Below are positions 37,386-37,977 of a stretch of DNA of 37,977 nucleotides, piece after piece. The DNA comes from Candidatus Micrarchaeota archaeon (lineage in GTDB: Archaea > Micrarchaeota > Micrarchaeia > Norongarragalinales > SBBD01). The stretch is from the NCBI GenBank assembly GCA_043813365.1, contig JBDRLB010000008.1, positions 1-37,977 on the forward strand, in the 5' to 3' direction. Each line of letters starts with the position of its first letter. Position 1 is the stretch's first letter. Both the position numbers and the translations under genes were made by a program. Under the pieces are notes generated by a model. It did no database searches, had not been told where the DNA came from, and worked only from the letters and a program-made list of their open reading frames with translations.

Positions 37386-37434
37386 TTGCACATAAACTGC
37401 CTCTTGCACATAAAGTCGGGAGGTTGCACATAAA
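37386..37434. repeat. Three direct copies of TTGCACATAAA
   Basis: Exact 11-mers at 37386-37396, 37404-37414 and 37424-37434; a one-mismatch copy TTGCACACAAA at 37809-37819. Confidence 0.9.
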
Positions 37435-37469
37435 TAGCATTAGGATATAACCTATCTCCTCAAAGAAAT

Positions 37470-37500
37470 AGAAAAACAAGGCAGCGCTTTTAGGCTGCCT
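37470..37500 (-). terminator. Hairpin plus T-run terminator of the 56-aa ORF
   Basis: Minus strand AGGCAGC-ctaaaagc-GCTGCCT followed by TGTTTTTCT. Confidence 0.6.
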
Positions 37501-37660
37501 TTCTTACCGTGTCTTTTATCAGCTTTTCGAGTTCCTCCATTGTCGTATCCTCAATAGTGAAGGTTATCGACGCTTTTCCACTCTTCGTCTTGTTTCCTTT
37601 CCGATCCCAGATAGTTATGGCTACCCTCGATTTCTCTTTTCCCTCTCCCATCAACCTCAT
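37490..37660 (-). CDS. Small 56-aa hypothetical protein (absent from the ORF track)
   Basis: Manual translation MRLMGEGKEKSRVAITIWDRKGNKTKSGKASITFTIEDTTMEELEKLIKDTVRKAA*. AGGTGA RBS upstream and a terminator overlapping the stop. Confidence 0.75.
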   Translation of the reverse strand: MRLMGEGKEKSRVAITIWDRKGNKTKSGKASITFTIEDTTMEELEKLIKDTVRKAA

Positions 37661-37868
37661 ATTAAATCACCTGTTTAATTTCCTATATATTATTGTATCA
37701 TATGAACAATATAAATGTTTGTATTGTTTCAAAAAAGATACTTATTATACTTTTACGTTCATTCGATCATTCTATTTTTCAATAATCGAAAAAACCGACG
37801 CCTTTCGTTTGCACACAAATACCTGCGAGTAATATTAACGAGTGAAAGCATATTTGAAGAGTGGTTAT

Positions 37869-37977
37869 ATGGGAAACTATTACCTGGACATTGAAACGAC
37901 TGGATTGGATGAAAAGAAGGAGCAGATCATAACAATCCAGTTCCAGGAGCTTGGACGAAACACGGGCAAAGCTGTGG
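37869..37977 (+). CDS. RNase H-like / DEDD 3'-5' exonuclease domain protein, truncated by the window end
   Basis: MGNYYLDIETTGLDEKKEQIITIQFQEL contains the ExoI motif LDIETTGL. Confidence 0.8.
   Translation, partial: MGNYYLDIETTGLDEKKEQIITIQFQELGRNTGKAV

Noticed and set aside
37386..37434. Direct repeats as a CRISPR array
   Set aside because: Repeats are only 11 bp with 7-9 bp spacers, and there are no cas genes in the window.
37509..37832. 107-aa plus-strand ORF
   Set aside because: Antisense to the better-supported 56-aa minus-strand gene and runs through AT-rich promoter DNA.

Overview
Archaeal genomic segment. TATA/BRE promoters, GGTGA-type RBSs, oligo-T terminators, a PAC2 chaperone, KEOPS Pcc1 and a Methanococcus-type S-layer gene support this. 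The gene mix suggests a DPANN lineage such as Micrarchaeota, which is inference only. In order, the window holds: a tnpA-only IS200/IS605 element; tdh; a five-gene uncharacterised surface/envelope cluster (secreted protein, bitopic protein, anchored multi-Ig protein, MinD-type ATPase, 7-TM protein); a classical-type lower mevalonate cluster (mvk, mvaD, ERG8-like PMK, fni) interrupted by a HAD hydrolase, a micro-ORF and a vapBC pair; PAC2, a TadC-like gene and asnS; a membrane protein with an 8-Cys finger; pcc1; an S-layer gene with a long, highly structured leader; a lipoprotein; galT; a coiled-coil protein; a CBS plus HPF-like protein; stomatin; a RecJ-like DHH nuclease; dcd; an orphan; two giant Cys-rich surface proteins; an unlisted 56-aa ORF flanked by TTGCACATAAA repeats; and a truncated exonuclease. 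No rRNA, tRNA or CRISPR array was recognised. The best candidate for a novel system is the 1787-6723 cluster, where a small secreted protein and a membrane-anchored protein share the mature N-terminal strand ADFxETAxFF, suggesting a donor-strand-type filament. Next are the switch-like S-layer 5' leader and the nested, circularly permuted disulfide PKD-like repeats of the 1511-aa surface protein. All functional calls come from motif recognition by eye; no searches were run.
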